From the NCBI GenBank assembly GCA_000708835.1, contig DF237075.1, forward strand, positions 1-64,000: a stretch of DNA of 64,000 nt. The letters are read 5' to 3'. Origin of the DNA: Klebsormidium nitens (lineage: Eukaryota; Plantae; Klebsormidiophyceae). Below are positions 1 to 11,876 of this stretch, piece after piece. The notes beneath the pieces are model-generated. The model was not told the origin of the DNA and ran no database searches. It saw nothing but the letters and a program-made list of their open reading frames with translations. Each line of letters opens with the position of its first letter. The first letter of the stretch is position 1. The position numbers and the translations under genes were made by a program.

Positions 1-804
1 TGTACCAGAAAACCCCCATCAGATTCTTAAGAAAGTAATACGCCTTTTCTTGGTACACCACTCTCAACGATCACAGAGCAAGATGCCAAATTCGACCGGG
101 CTTCAGGAAGTCATCCAGTTTGGAGGCACTTCCGACCCGGTTGGCAACAGAGGTACCTCAAAGCTCATGCTTTATTCTCCACAAATCATTGAGCTGAAGC
201 CTGGACCTGGTGGCCCTGCCTTCAAATGAGTCGGAGTGTACAGAGTGGCGTGCTATAAGAGCCCTTGGAGTTTGACCCCATTAGTGCAGCCAGTGTCGCG
301 TCTTTCCACTTTAGTAGTCTACTGCTGACAATGCGCTTGACTTTGCTACAGCACTAGTATCCAGCCTTACAACCAGCCTCTTATAGCTCGACTCTCCATT
401 CGTGACAGTGACTTGAAAGCAAACAAATGGCGGCCGCATTGCTCACCTCTTGCCAGAAAGAAGACGCGCACACTTCCGCCTTCCAGCTCGCCAATGCCCG
501 TGGCGCCACACAATGCAGCCCTCCTGCCGCGAGTCAGTCCTCCAATCCAGTGGCAAGCTCAGGCAAGCCTCTACTGACTGCAACTCCGACTCGGCGGCGC
601 ATAGCTTATGAGATGCACAGGTGTACCGGGCACTTTCTGCACTTTTCAGCCGAATCTCGGATCGACGGCGTCCGGATGCCCCCGGCCCATCGGACGGCTG
701 AGCAAGTTGGGTGGGATTTGAGACTCGCGCCGCCCCGTTGAGTCAAGTTGGCACTGGACCCGCGGCCGCGGCCAATCAGCGACTGCTCCGGGTTCGAAGG
801 TTCT

Positions 805-846
805 CAGGGCTTTCAGGAGTTTAGGGTTTCAGGAGTTTAGGGTTTC
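805..846. promoter_or_regulatory. Short ~16-bp tandem repeat carrying two telo-box motifs (TTAGGGTTT = reverse complement of AAACCCTAA) upstream of der
   Basis: TTAGGGTTT at 821-829 and 837-845, with CCAAT at about 772. Telo-boxes are established promoter elements of plant translation and ribosome-biogenesis genes. Function here is inferred. Confidence 0.5.
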
Positions 847-921
847 GAAAGCCCAGTTTAGAGGGCAAGCCGCCTTGCCCATCGGGCGCAGAACTTCGCA
901 ATCAAGGAGGCACCTTTCACC

Positions 922-3900
922 ATGGAGGCGCTAAGCACCGCTCAGCACCTTGGGGGCCTTTGTCTGGACCCTCAACATTTGCTGAGAGGGAGCACGAGGG
1001 GCAAACACTGTCAACAAAGCGGCCCAGCGAGAGCTCTGCTCAATGGGGAAGCCCACGTCGGCAGAGCGCTTTTGAAGCAGAGTGCTTCTAGCTTGTCTCC
1101 ACTCTTCGACAGTCTGCGGTGCGAGGGGTCGCCCGTCGTGAGAAGGGGCATTGCAGTCTGTCAAGCTGTGCAGACTGTGGACTCAAATGTGAACCCTTCA
1201 AAAGCGTCACATTTCGAGCGGTTGGACGATGAGGGTGCCAACGAGCCGCTGACTCCAGAAGAGTACGAGAAGGCGGCGAAGAAGGTCCTTGAAGACTATG
1301 CACGTGAGCTTGAGTTGGTGAATAGGCTAGCAGATGAGCGGGAAGCGGCAGGGGAGGATGACGAAGAGGGTGACTATGATGGAGAGGGTGAAAAGAAGAA
1401 AAAGAAGAAAAGGATGAAGAGGCGGGAAGCAGGGTGGGAGGTTCCGGACAGTCAGCTGCCGACGGTCGCCATTGTGGGGCGGCCCAATGTGGGGAAGTCT
1501 GCGCTTTTCAATAGGATTGCTGGGGTAAGTGTTTCTCCATTTACCTCTTTCTTTGTTTAGGGTGGCACTGCATACCAGCACATTGCGTTGAGTGATGGTA
1601 ATGGTGCTCACTGCTTAGCTACCAGGGGCTGCTTACATCTAGCACCATCTGAGCTGACTTTATCCCCCAATTCAGCAGAGGCCCAAAGTCTGTCTGCCGC
1701 GTAATTTTTGCATCAGATGCAGACAAGTACTTGTCGCCTTCATTTTCACTGGTGAACAATCATCGGACTGCATATCTGTTCGATGGTGGTGGTGGTTGTA
1801 CATGTCAAAGAGTGCGACCCTTTCTTTTGGGTGGTGAAGTTTCTGATCAATGCCTTTGAACATCCTCGACTTTCTTTCTCCTTTATGCAAAGTTGACAAA
1901 CGCGCCTGTCGTGCGCGTCTGTCCGAGGTCACGGGGCACCAGAAAGTCGAGGCAATGTGCAGGAAGCGTTCGTTTGAGGTCGTGAAAGTACGGTTGTTGT
2001 AGACTCTTGAGTGCACCACCTTCCCATCGCCATTAAAGTTGAGTTCTGAGCGTGATTCTCTATTTGGCAACTCTGCCTTTGGACTGGTCTGAATCATGTT
2101 TGATGATTTCGCCCTTTTTCCTTCAGGGCGATATTGCCATTGTGCACGATGAGCCCGGCGTGACTCGAGACCGGCTCTACAGCCGGGGCTTTTGGGGAAG
2201 GAACGAGTTCATGCTAGTCGACACAGGAGGAGTTATGACAGTGCCAAAGTCAGAGAGCATAGGTATGTCAACTTATTCCTGGCTCATTGTTTCTGGAGGT
2301 TGCCTGACACAATGTTTTTTGCAAGCTCTGACGCTATCAGAATTCATGGACCACCGCAGTTGCAATGGAAGATTTGCTGCAGAATCTCCACTGCTGGAGT
2401 TTCTTATGGGAAATTGAGCGGAGGTGAACATCGTATTTTATCAAGTATGCCTAGTGACTTAGTATTGAGAGTGTTGCTTTGAGACTGCCGATGTTCCGGA
2501 CCATTCAGGCCGAGTTCGATATCATCAAAAGGGTGCTCCAAGCGCCAGTCGTTGTGGAATTGGTATTGTGATTCCTGCACAGTGGCCTTCCTCTGAACTA
2601 ACTTGGTGTCACATCTGAAAGAAGGCAACGTAACGCGAATGCACAGAATTCAACTCATGCACTTGGCAAAAGGTCTGATGAAGCCTTTTATTGTTGATAG
2701 TATCAATCACCGAATGCAGGCTCTGATGCGACCACCATTCACTTTGGGGGGGGCCTCGAGGGGTTGAAGCGGGCGGCGGAAGAAGCCGCCAGGGCTGGCC
2801 TCCCAGGGATGATAGAAAGGCAGGCAGCAAACGCAGTTGAAGGGGCGCACGCCATCATCTTTGTTGTGGACGGACAGGTCAGCTCATTCAAGGAATTAGC
2901 CACGTCATCCTGAAGCATTCAGTCACGTTTGACCCCAAAACGTGCGATGGCCACGGAAGCAAGAGTTGGCCCAGTGCAGGTTTCTGTTCAGACTCGCTTA
3001 TGAGGTTGACTGTTCTCAACGAAGTTTCTCTGCGGTGCGAAGATCCCAGCAACTAGCGACCTCTGTTTCTTTAAAAAAGGGTCATTTTCTTTCCTCCCCA
3101 ATCTCTCGATCCGCCTCTCAAAGAAGGATATTGACTCTGCACGTGCCATCTTTGCGCAGGAAGGGTTGACGGCTGCAGACACGGAGATTGCGCAGTGGCT
3201 GCGCCGGGAGCACTCAGACAAGCCCATCACGCTAGCCGTGAACAAGTGCGAGTCCCCCGTCAGAGGACAGCTCCAAGCAGCCGAATTCTGGCCCCTCGGG
3301 TGAGAATCACGTTCATCATTATGCAGAGTATTTCGTCTGTTTTGCAGCTTCTTTTGTTGACACGTTCCTGCTACCATTCTCAAACCAAGTCCAAGAAGGA
3401 TAAGGCCGCTTTGTTTGGTTCCTCGCACCTCATTTTCAGAAATTCAGTAGGGAGAGACCTCCAAACAGCATACCTTCAAACAACATAGTTTTGATGATTT
3501 CGTCGAATTTTATGCCAGTGCTCGAAGCACCGTGACTCTTGAGGAACACTCGTTTCTCTCGGCCGTTGCTTTAGGTATGGGGTAGCTGCGGCTTGGAATG
3601 ATGATTCAAGAAATTTACCATCAAATGCATAGCAAGAGTCATGCTGAAAGACTTTCTCATGAAGCTGACCAAGCCGCAATCCCCACCGCTCGCTCAGTTT
3701 TCCCTTTGCTTATATTGCTGTTTTATCTCGTGTGTGGTCTCGACGTTTCGTTGCTCCCAGAATGGCAAGTCGTCAAATTCCTCTTCTGTCATTCTCGAAA
3801 GGCAATACGCTCTTGTCCAGCCAACATGAGAGGGCGTCTATTTACTGTCCGTCTTTCGTCCAGCGGTGGGGCTTGGGATGATGATTCAACACAGTACCAT

Positions 3901-6845
3901 CAAATGCATAGCAAGAGTCATGCTGAGAAACTTCACAACGAACCTGACCAATGCCCCCCCTGAAAGAGATGATGGAGATCTACTCCGAGTTCCTGTCTAC
4001 TGAGCCTCTGGGTGTCCCTTTCTTAAAGCTTTCGTCAGCCTTGCATATATCTTTATTCTTTGGTCTCGAGTCTCCTAACTTGCTGTTGAAACGCTTCTAT
4101 TGTCTTTGACTATGTCAAAGACGTCTTCGCTGAGCAGCAAGTAGTTCTAAGCCTGCATCTGGAGTAGTTCGCTCAAGTGGTTCAAGCACCAGAAGCTGTA
4201 CTTTGCTCCTATGCGCTTCACAGGACCACCTCTGCTGATCATCCTATGCTCACCCTGCCCACGCAGGTACGAACCGGTCCCTGTTTCGGCCATCACCGCC
4301 ACAGGGACCGGCGAACTCATGGACCGGGTCTGCGTGAAGCTGCCGATGCGGATAGACAATCCTTTGGAAGAGAACGAAGAGCGCCCGTTGGGCATCGCGA
4401 TTGTGGGTCGGCCCAACGTCGGGAAGAGCAGCATTTTGAACGCGTTGGTAGGAGAGGAGCGGACGATCGTCAGCCCGATCAGCGGAACGACGAGGGACGC
4501 GATTGATCAGTCGTTCAAGGGGGAGGATGGGCAGGTGAGCGAGCCCCCCATTTTGAACCCGGCGTTCCCGTTATGTTGGATCTTTAGGTTCTCTTGTTTG
4601 CTTGCTTTTTGATCCGGACATTGAATCGTTTCTGGTGGAGCAATGACGCTTTTCGTAGCAACGGGTCCCGGCATATTCTGCGAATGCGGGTCAGAATGGG
4701 ACGCGTCGGATTAGCGTTGTCAGGCCCGTCAAAGGCCCTGTTGAGCATGATCCTAAGGATCAAAGTGACGCAGGGTGAAGCCACGACAGAGTCTCAAAAT
4801 TTACAGTCGCGCAGTGACTTCCGAGCACCGTTCGTTCGTGTCGTCAATAGCCTGTCCTGCTGCCTCCATTTTCAGCGGGTTGTGGGTACGGTAAACCTGT
4901 TTCGAGTCCTTCCTTCTGGTCATTCTCCGAAGCAAGCAAAACACACAAAGCACTGTAACCTTCCCTAGATTGCCAAGACCTCGCCACACGACGGGCTTTG
5001 TTCTTCGCGTATTGGAGAGACGTCTTCGAAAAGTCAAGCCTTCATTCCGAGTTCCGCATGTAAGTCTTCAGCCGAAACTCAGCATACCCGTTCCCCTGCA
5101 GGCGTACCGGTTGATTGACACTGCTGGCATCCGGCGGCGAACGCGCGTACAAGCGACGGGGAGTCGGGCGGAGGCGCTGAGTGTGAACCGGGCGTTCAAG
5201 GCCATTAAGCGGGCGGATGTTGTGTGCCTGGTGATCGAGGCCATGAGCGGGGTCGTGGAACAGGTGAATTTCGATCGTCGTGATGGTTTCAAGCGAGGTT
5301 GGAAAAGGGCACACAGCGTTCTTTCGCCTTGGATCGGTTTGCTTTCCGCGCAGTGCTGGCGAGTGAGTGAACAATCTGGGAGGAAGACCAGCTGCGAGAT
5401 AGGTTCTCGCATGGGAACTAGAGGGGACGGATTGACTACGCTAGGCAAAAATACGGGGGTCGACCGGGCCAAGTTCTGAACATTGCAGCTTCTTTGTCGT
5501 CAGGCATACGTCATCATATTCCACTTTGAGTGCGCCGGTGCAGCTTCTCTGTTGGGGCTTACTAGGGTATGCCTTTGAGCCTAGAGACTGGGGACAGCAT
5601 ATTGGAGAAATTCTTCAAACGAAATCGAGAGAAGCGCGCTGAGGACAATCTTTGTTGTATCCCGAAAGTTGCAGGGCTGTTGCTAAACCCCTTTTTTAAC
5701 CTCTGCGCGGCAGGACTACAAGCTGGCAGAGTGCATCGTGGCTTAGGGCAAGGCGTAAAAAGGCTTTCTCTGCGGGGCTATCTTTAGTTGGCTACTCTTA
5801 GAGGGCTATCTTTTCTTGTGTAAGCTCATGGTAACCCTTCGCACTTTGCCCAGCAGGACTACAAGCTGGCAGAGCGGATAGCCGCAAAGGGTAAAGACTC
5901 AAAGGCTTCTTCTAGAGGGCTATCCTTCAACTGCTACCCATAGAGGGCTAATTTTCCAGTATGCGCTCTCGTAACCCCTTCGTAATCTACTTTGCCCGGC
6001 AGGACTACAAGCTGGCGGAGCGCGTTGCGGCGGAGGGCAAGGCGTGCGTGGTGGTGGTGAACAAGTGGGACACGGTGCCCAACAAGGAGACCAACACCAT
6101 GAAGACCTGGGAGGAGGCCATCCGGGACCGGCTGCGCGGACTCTCCTGGGCGCCCATGATCTTCATCAGCGCAGCCACCGGGCAGCGCGTGCCAAAGTGA
6201 GTGTCGACTTTGTGGGCTTCGAGCTTTTAAGATTAGTTGACACTACATCTCGTGGGCACCCATTATCTCATCAGCGCAGCCACCGGGCAGCGCCTGCCAA
6301 AATGAGTGTCAAAGATGGAGGGTTTCGAGCCTAGCAGTTGGTTGACACTCTAAGTCCGTGTGCGCCAATGAAATCGATGAGCGCAGCCACCGGGCAGCGT
6401 GTGCCAAAGTGAGTGTCACACGTTCGAGGTGCAGAGGGAGACTGACCGCACACCCTTCGTTTTCTCTTTTTACAGGCTTCTCGAGGTCGCTGCCAAAGCG
6501 GGCGAGCAGCACGGGCGGCGGCTTTCCACCGCGACGCTCAATGCGGTGGTCCAAGAGGCGGTGCAGTTCAAGCAGCCGGCAGCTGGTAAAGCGGGTCGGC
6601 GCGGGAAGATTTACTACTGCACGCAGGCCGCTGTGCGGCCGCCCACTTTCATTTTCTTTGTGAATAGCGCCGATCTGTTTAACGACTCGTATAGACGGTA
6701 CATCGAGCGCCAGCTGCGGTCGAACGTTGGGTATCCGGGGACCCCCCTTCGGCTCGTGTGGCGCAGCAAACCGAAAGATAAGGCCGAGCGGAGTAGTCAG
6801 CAAGCGAAAGCTGCGCAGAATTCTCGAGGGGGACAAAGACAATGA
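922..6845 (+). CDS. der: Plastid-type ribosome biogenesis double GTPase Der/EngA, 8 exons: 922-1524, 2127-2262, 2720-2877, 3160-3299, 4267-4534, 5102-5263, 6003-6196, 6476-6845
   Basis: Two tandem GTPase domains: GRPNVGKS / DTGG / NKCE, then GRPNVGKS / DTAG / NKWD. C-terminal KH-like segment [21 protein letters not shown]...[10 protein letters not shown]. All introns are GT-AG and keep frame. The long N-terminal extension resembles a transit peptide. Confidence 0.95.
3590..3960 (+). repeat. Intronic direct repeat (offset about 279 bp) in der intron 4
   Basis: Identical 32-mer TACCATCAAATGCATAGCAAGAGTCATGCTGA at 3616-3647 and 3895-3926, with similar flanks (GCTTGG.ATGATGATTCAA). Confidence 0.85.
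5690..6050 (+). repeat. Three tandem copies (period about 145 bp) of the 3' splice site and start of der exon 7
   Basis: CAG|GACTACAAGCTGGC occurs with the exon-like start at 5714, 5857 and 6003. Only the third copy continues as open Der coding sequence. Confidence 0.9.
6150..6417 (+). repeat. Three tandem copies (period about 106 bp) of the end of der exon 7 and its 5' splice site
   Basis: AGCGCAGCCACCGGGCAGCG..TGCCAAA followed by GTGAGTGTC (6197), ATGAGTGTC (6302) and GTGAGTGTC (6409). Confidence 0.9.
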
Positions 6846-7708
6846 CCCTTTTGACGATGCACGTTTAAACGGGTTGCCGAAACGCTTTCCGCCTCCAACA
6901 ATCAGATAGTCCTAAAAACCCGAGCTGGAGTGCTCCCTAGCTTGCGGCCATGCAATGCGCTTGCCCTATCCATGCATATTTTCATGGGCTCAGGGCCATG
7001 CCTCTTTAGCATGCAGCACGTTTCAAGTTAGTATCAGGCTTGCACATGAGCACGTATGTACATTCTATAACGTGAATGGTTGGAGCACATGCCCCCGGCC
7101 ATCATTGGGGCTGCCCATGATTAAACCATAGCGCATTATTACAATGGTTGATTATGAATGATACCATACAAGAAGCTGGCCCGATGTGAGTCAGCCATAG
7201 CTATAGCCATGCTGAATACCGACTCCGGATGGGCTGCGCAGCCCGACGGTTATGATTAAGGCCGTGTCGGTCGCACTCTCTGTTAACCGTCGCCGCGGAA
7301 ATACCCAAGAAAGAACTCGTTGCAATAACGAGTCCGAGCTATATCCACAAAGTCCGCCGCCGCGCACCAGGCCAGCATGGCGAGCATGACGTCCCCATGC
7401 TGCGCGCGCATGATGGCACCCAGGCTTGCACTCGCGGTCAGTGGCAATTGGCGGGCACTAAGATCATGAGGGGGGCAAAGTTATAGAAATTGTGAAGAGA
7501 ATATGGACCATGCGTTCCAGAAAGTCGACTAAGACGACGTTACCACACGTCGACCTGCGCACTCGGTGCAAGCTGCAGTATTAACCTTGCTCGCGATAAA
7601 CGAGACGCTCCCCAAAACTTGACCTGTTTAATTAGACACGAAACCTGGTATTGAATCTTACGAAACTGCGCCGGACTCCGCTGGAATCTCACACTACCAC
7701 TCACGACC

Positions 7709-10033
7709 CTACCGAGGGCACGGGCTCCCCGGGCACTGCGACCGGGGCCGAAAGTTTTGACAGTACTGATCTTCCGTTACTGGTACACTATCCAGCGGCT
7801 CGTCGTTCAACAACAAATGGATTATGTGCTCCATCGCTTGGGCCTGTATCAACTTGCTTTCTAAACCGCGCGCGTAGAAGTCGGGGGGCACTTCGGTGTG
7901 CCCCCCAACCGCCGATGCGGGCTGCGCCAGCGACCAGATCTCCCCCGGGTCAATCGACCCGTCCACGCACCGCTCGTTGACGCCAATCATCTGGTAAGCG
8001 CGCTGGTAAGCGGCCAGCGGGTTCCGTCGAATCTGGTCGCGGCTGATGGCAATCTGCGGGAAGAGAAACGGTCCAGATTCCAAAAGTAGCAACTCTGCAT
8101 GACACGTTTCTAACTTGACTAGAATGAACAGGATGAGGGATAAAGTCACAAAGTCCTTGGAACTATCGTCTGTGTTCTTTAGAGACACAAACGTTTCTTC
8201 GGCGAGCCAAAGCTTGTGTAGTAAAAGCTTTTGAGAGCTCTCTTCCAAAGCCTCTCCTCATCAGCTCTCACGTAGTTCCAGCACTTCACGTAAGGACGGT
8301 TTCAGTTATTCATTTGAGAACGTCGATCCGTCTTTTGCGGGCCAACTCGAAGCCATTCTGATACCGTTCATCTTCGAGTCGACTTCATTCAATTCCCTCC
8401 AGTTCGCCTCACCTGCTGGCAACAGACAAAGCTCACAACCGGCTCCTGCCCCGGCTGGGGCGTCAGCGGCTTGTCGAATGCGGCCGCGAGCGCGCGCCAA
8501 CACTTTTCTATTTGCGGGACCACTCCCTGGAACCCCGCGTAACCGTTCCAGAAGGTGATGCTCCGCTTGACAACGAAGACCGTGTTAAGGGTCGTGTAAG
8601 TCAGATCAGGGCTGAGGCAGTCAATCCAGCGTTCGATGTCAGCGTTGTGCGCAAAGGGGCTGCGTTAGACGAGCGAGGTGTGAGTGGGATATCCTCAGAA
8701 ACGCGATGCAGCAAAGCACGCCAACATTTGTTTTCTCACCGACAACTCGCAGCTACAAATCATCTTGCCGTGGTTCGATGTAAAGAAAGGGGAAATGGGT
8801 TAGTCCTCGAAGCATATGAGAATCGGTCGCGGGCTGGCGGAGCTGGCGGTGAAACGACAGAAGCCATGCTTCCTCTGCCGGCAACAACGGACTGGTGTTG
8901 AAGTACAGTCGCCCAGATAGGCTCCTCGTCCACGCCTTTTCGCCACAAGATTCCTAGTTGCTTACTCTGCGTGCAGAAAGACCGTCTGATCCGGCAGGTC
9001 CTCGTAAAAGTCGACGATGAACTTGAGGAACACCCCCGCCTCGTAGCCCGTGTTCTGGCAATACCGGGGTGCGGACGGGTCCGTACGCTGGTACGTGTAC
9101 AGCGTCCGGTTTTGGGTCCAGGCGGGCCAGCCGTTGTTCCACTCTCCGTATAACGCAGGCACAATGACAATGGACGAGTTCCATACGGTTGCTGGCTGCA
9201 AAAGAACGGTAAAGGCGGTCATAACAAGATGCCCAGAAAGTTGGTCCCGTTTCCGTTCCTATTACGGTCGGTCGGGTTCGGGTAACGCCAAATGCTTTCA
9301 TCACTTCTTTCGAGGCAAGCAAATCACGCACTCAAAACCCTTGACAAGACAATCCTTACTCTGGTCAGCTGCTCCAAGACCCCGCTTGTCTGCTCAAACG
9401 TCTTCTCCGCATCCGGCAACCCCTTTCTCCCAAAACCGAAAAGCCCAGCGATTCCAACGAGCCCCTCGCTCTTCCCAAGTCCCGAAGCCTTTATCGAACT
9501 CTCAGTGGGCGATCCGCCGTTCTCGTCGAAATGCATGTCGTCTGACGAGCGACTTATTGCCGTTGGAGATTGCTCGTTACTCGGTATTCTAAGAGTGGGC
9601 TCTCCAGTTTTGATCTCGCTTCTTTGGAGGGCTGCCATCCCAAGGCCCCTCAGCCATATTTCCGGCGAGTAACTGCAAAGACGACTCAAGAATTGCGGTC
9701 AGTCTCTGACGCTTCTGTCTCTGAAGAAACAGCGAACTTGTGGCAAAATTCGACCTGTCACGGGCAGCTGTCCTCAGGTAGTTGCGGACACATGGGGGTG
9801 CTGACAAGCAGCTAGAAACACGCAAACGATAGGCTGCTTCACAGGAGGTCTGCTTGTTCGAGCCCTGCTCTGGAAAGCATGGCGGATCCGGTGCCCAAAG
9901 CATGCTGATTCTGAGACGTCGAAAGCACTTCTTACCTGCCAAGGTCCGTCCGCTGGTACAGCACAAGGGCCCCCAAGACCAGAACCGTAGAAAACCACAA
10001 AACCCTCTCAGCAGAGTGCGATAGGGACTGCAT
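7709..10033 (-). CDS. DUF3431-family protein with an N-terminal TM anchor, about 410 aa; exons (minus) 10033-9936, 9672-9360, 9195-8966, 8659-8413, 8053-7709
   Basis: Motifs NTGYEAGVFLKFIVDFYEDLPDQTVFLHADPFAH, CCQQ|IAISRDQIRRNP and MEHIIHLLL match the DUF3431 pattern from recall. All five exons join in frame at GT-AG sites. N-terminal hydrophobic stretch VLWFSTVLVLGALVLY. Confidence 0.75.
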
Positions 10034-11876
10034 TCGAAAGAGCTGGAATCAGCGCAAGAGCTGTTGCAACACTACGATCTGCATACGAGGCTAAGGAGTG
10101 TGGCCAAGTTGGACATTTGACTGCATCCGCTTCCCTTGCTAAGCGTTAAGATGGATCTTCGTTCTGCTGTCATTTTATCTTTTCCGGGCAGAGAGTCGTT
10201 CACCGGGAAAGCGATATCCAGCCACGTGGGCAGGTCTGAGAAAGACTTTAGGCAAGGCTTTTCTGTAAAAGCTGCTTGTGACGCGACTGCTCGAAAAAGG
10301 GAGCAGCCTTCCAGCTGGTTTTTTTGTTGGCTCTCTCGTTAAAGGAATGATCCCCACAATTAGCGGAAGCCAGGTGCACAGAATGGCATTGACCAACTCA
10401 GCTTTATCTCGACCTAGCTGAAACCTGAAGTACAGAGCTACCAGTCAGACTCTCTTGCAATTTGAGAAATGACTCTAGAAGCCCAGCGAGCTCGATCGAT
10501 GAATTCGGTCCTCATAATTGAGAGACCGCCTTTTTTACTCACAATGCGTGAATTCTCTCGCTTCTACTTCACGTCAAAAAGGGAGCAGTAAAAGTCTTAC
10601 CTTCATCGTCAATCTGTGGGTGCTACTTATCGGCACCACTTCGTGCAACAGATACAGTACGTGTTCGCAGCATTGTCGAGCTGTCAGACGGTTTCCAGAT
10701 TTGGAGAAGCTGCATATACTCGCTCGGATAGGAAGCTGCCTGGCTTGTCATTGATCACTGAGTGGCGTTTACTACATGCAGAGTTCTGAACAAATCCCCG
10801 CTTCACTATACTGTAGCACTGTTATTATGGTCGGCGGTTGCTGAATCTGCATTGCAGCCTTTAAAGTTGTCTATTTTGCTTTACGTTCAGTAAAGTCAGT
10901 GAGAAATACTCAGCTTGTTCCGCATCAAGGTGGTTATATATGAAAAAGCAGTCGACTCCAGAATGCAGTTCCAGTGCCCACTGGTGTTCATTCACTTGGA
11001 AGGATCCTGACGCTTCGTCATTCATTGGGAGCTACATAATTGGCCTCGGAGGCCTCTCCACGATCAGCTGTCAGCTTGCTTGAGGAAAATTGCCTTGTGA
11101 CGGACACAAGGTCAGGAAACTGGTAGCAATCTTGCAAACGACCCATATTACAGCACCTGAGAACCTAAGAAAGTAGGTCGGTATCTGCCAGATGTAGATA
11201 GAATGCAGCCTTGGACTCGGAGTCCATTGAAGTGACCCGCGCCTGCTGAGGTTAGCCGCGCTTTCTCCCAGGGCCAGGGGGGCCGCCTGCCCGCAAGCCT
11301 GCACGCACATGACCAGAACTGCATGCATGCTTCGTGAACCGTACGATGAAAACGCTAAAGCTGAAACAAGCCGTTCGATTGTACGTGCGCGCGCCGACTG
11401 TTGGTGGATCGAGACGGTCGGGCAGTCTGCTGGCACGGTTTATGCCCCTGGGCTTTTGACTCTCGCGAGTCGATCAGAAGCTCTGCGGCTCAAGCTCTGG
11501 TCGCTCAGCTCAGTATGCACAAGTTTGCGATGATCTGGTCCAGACCTGGTTATATTGCAGCAGCACTTGCAAATTCAATGGCAAAAGTTTTCAAAAGTCG
11601 ATTTTGTCCGTGCCCCATCGTGCAAGTGCCAGGGCATAGTGTTTCTGCTTCAGCCTAATCAATCTATGATTCCCGAAAATTCCAAGCATTAAGTGAGCTC
11701 TGCACGTGCCCTTCATGTTCCGCACTTTAGCTCCGAGCTGGTGCCAGCTCTGAGCTGTGTCGGTCATCGAGCTATTGCTACATTTCGAGGGCTTCCGTCA
11801 TCAGACGACCTCTTCAACTGAGCAGCAAAATACGACCAGCAAGTCTACTAGTTGTCAGGTGGTTACACAGTGCAAA

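Noticed and set aside
427-741. 104-aa ORF on the plus strand, and a possible minus-strand donor (AG|GTGAGC near 445) hinting at a divergent transcript
   Set aside because: No recognisable protein motif, and I could not build a consistent exon chain within the window.
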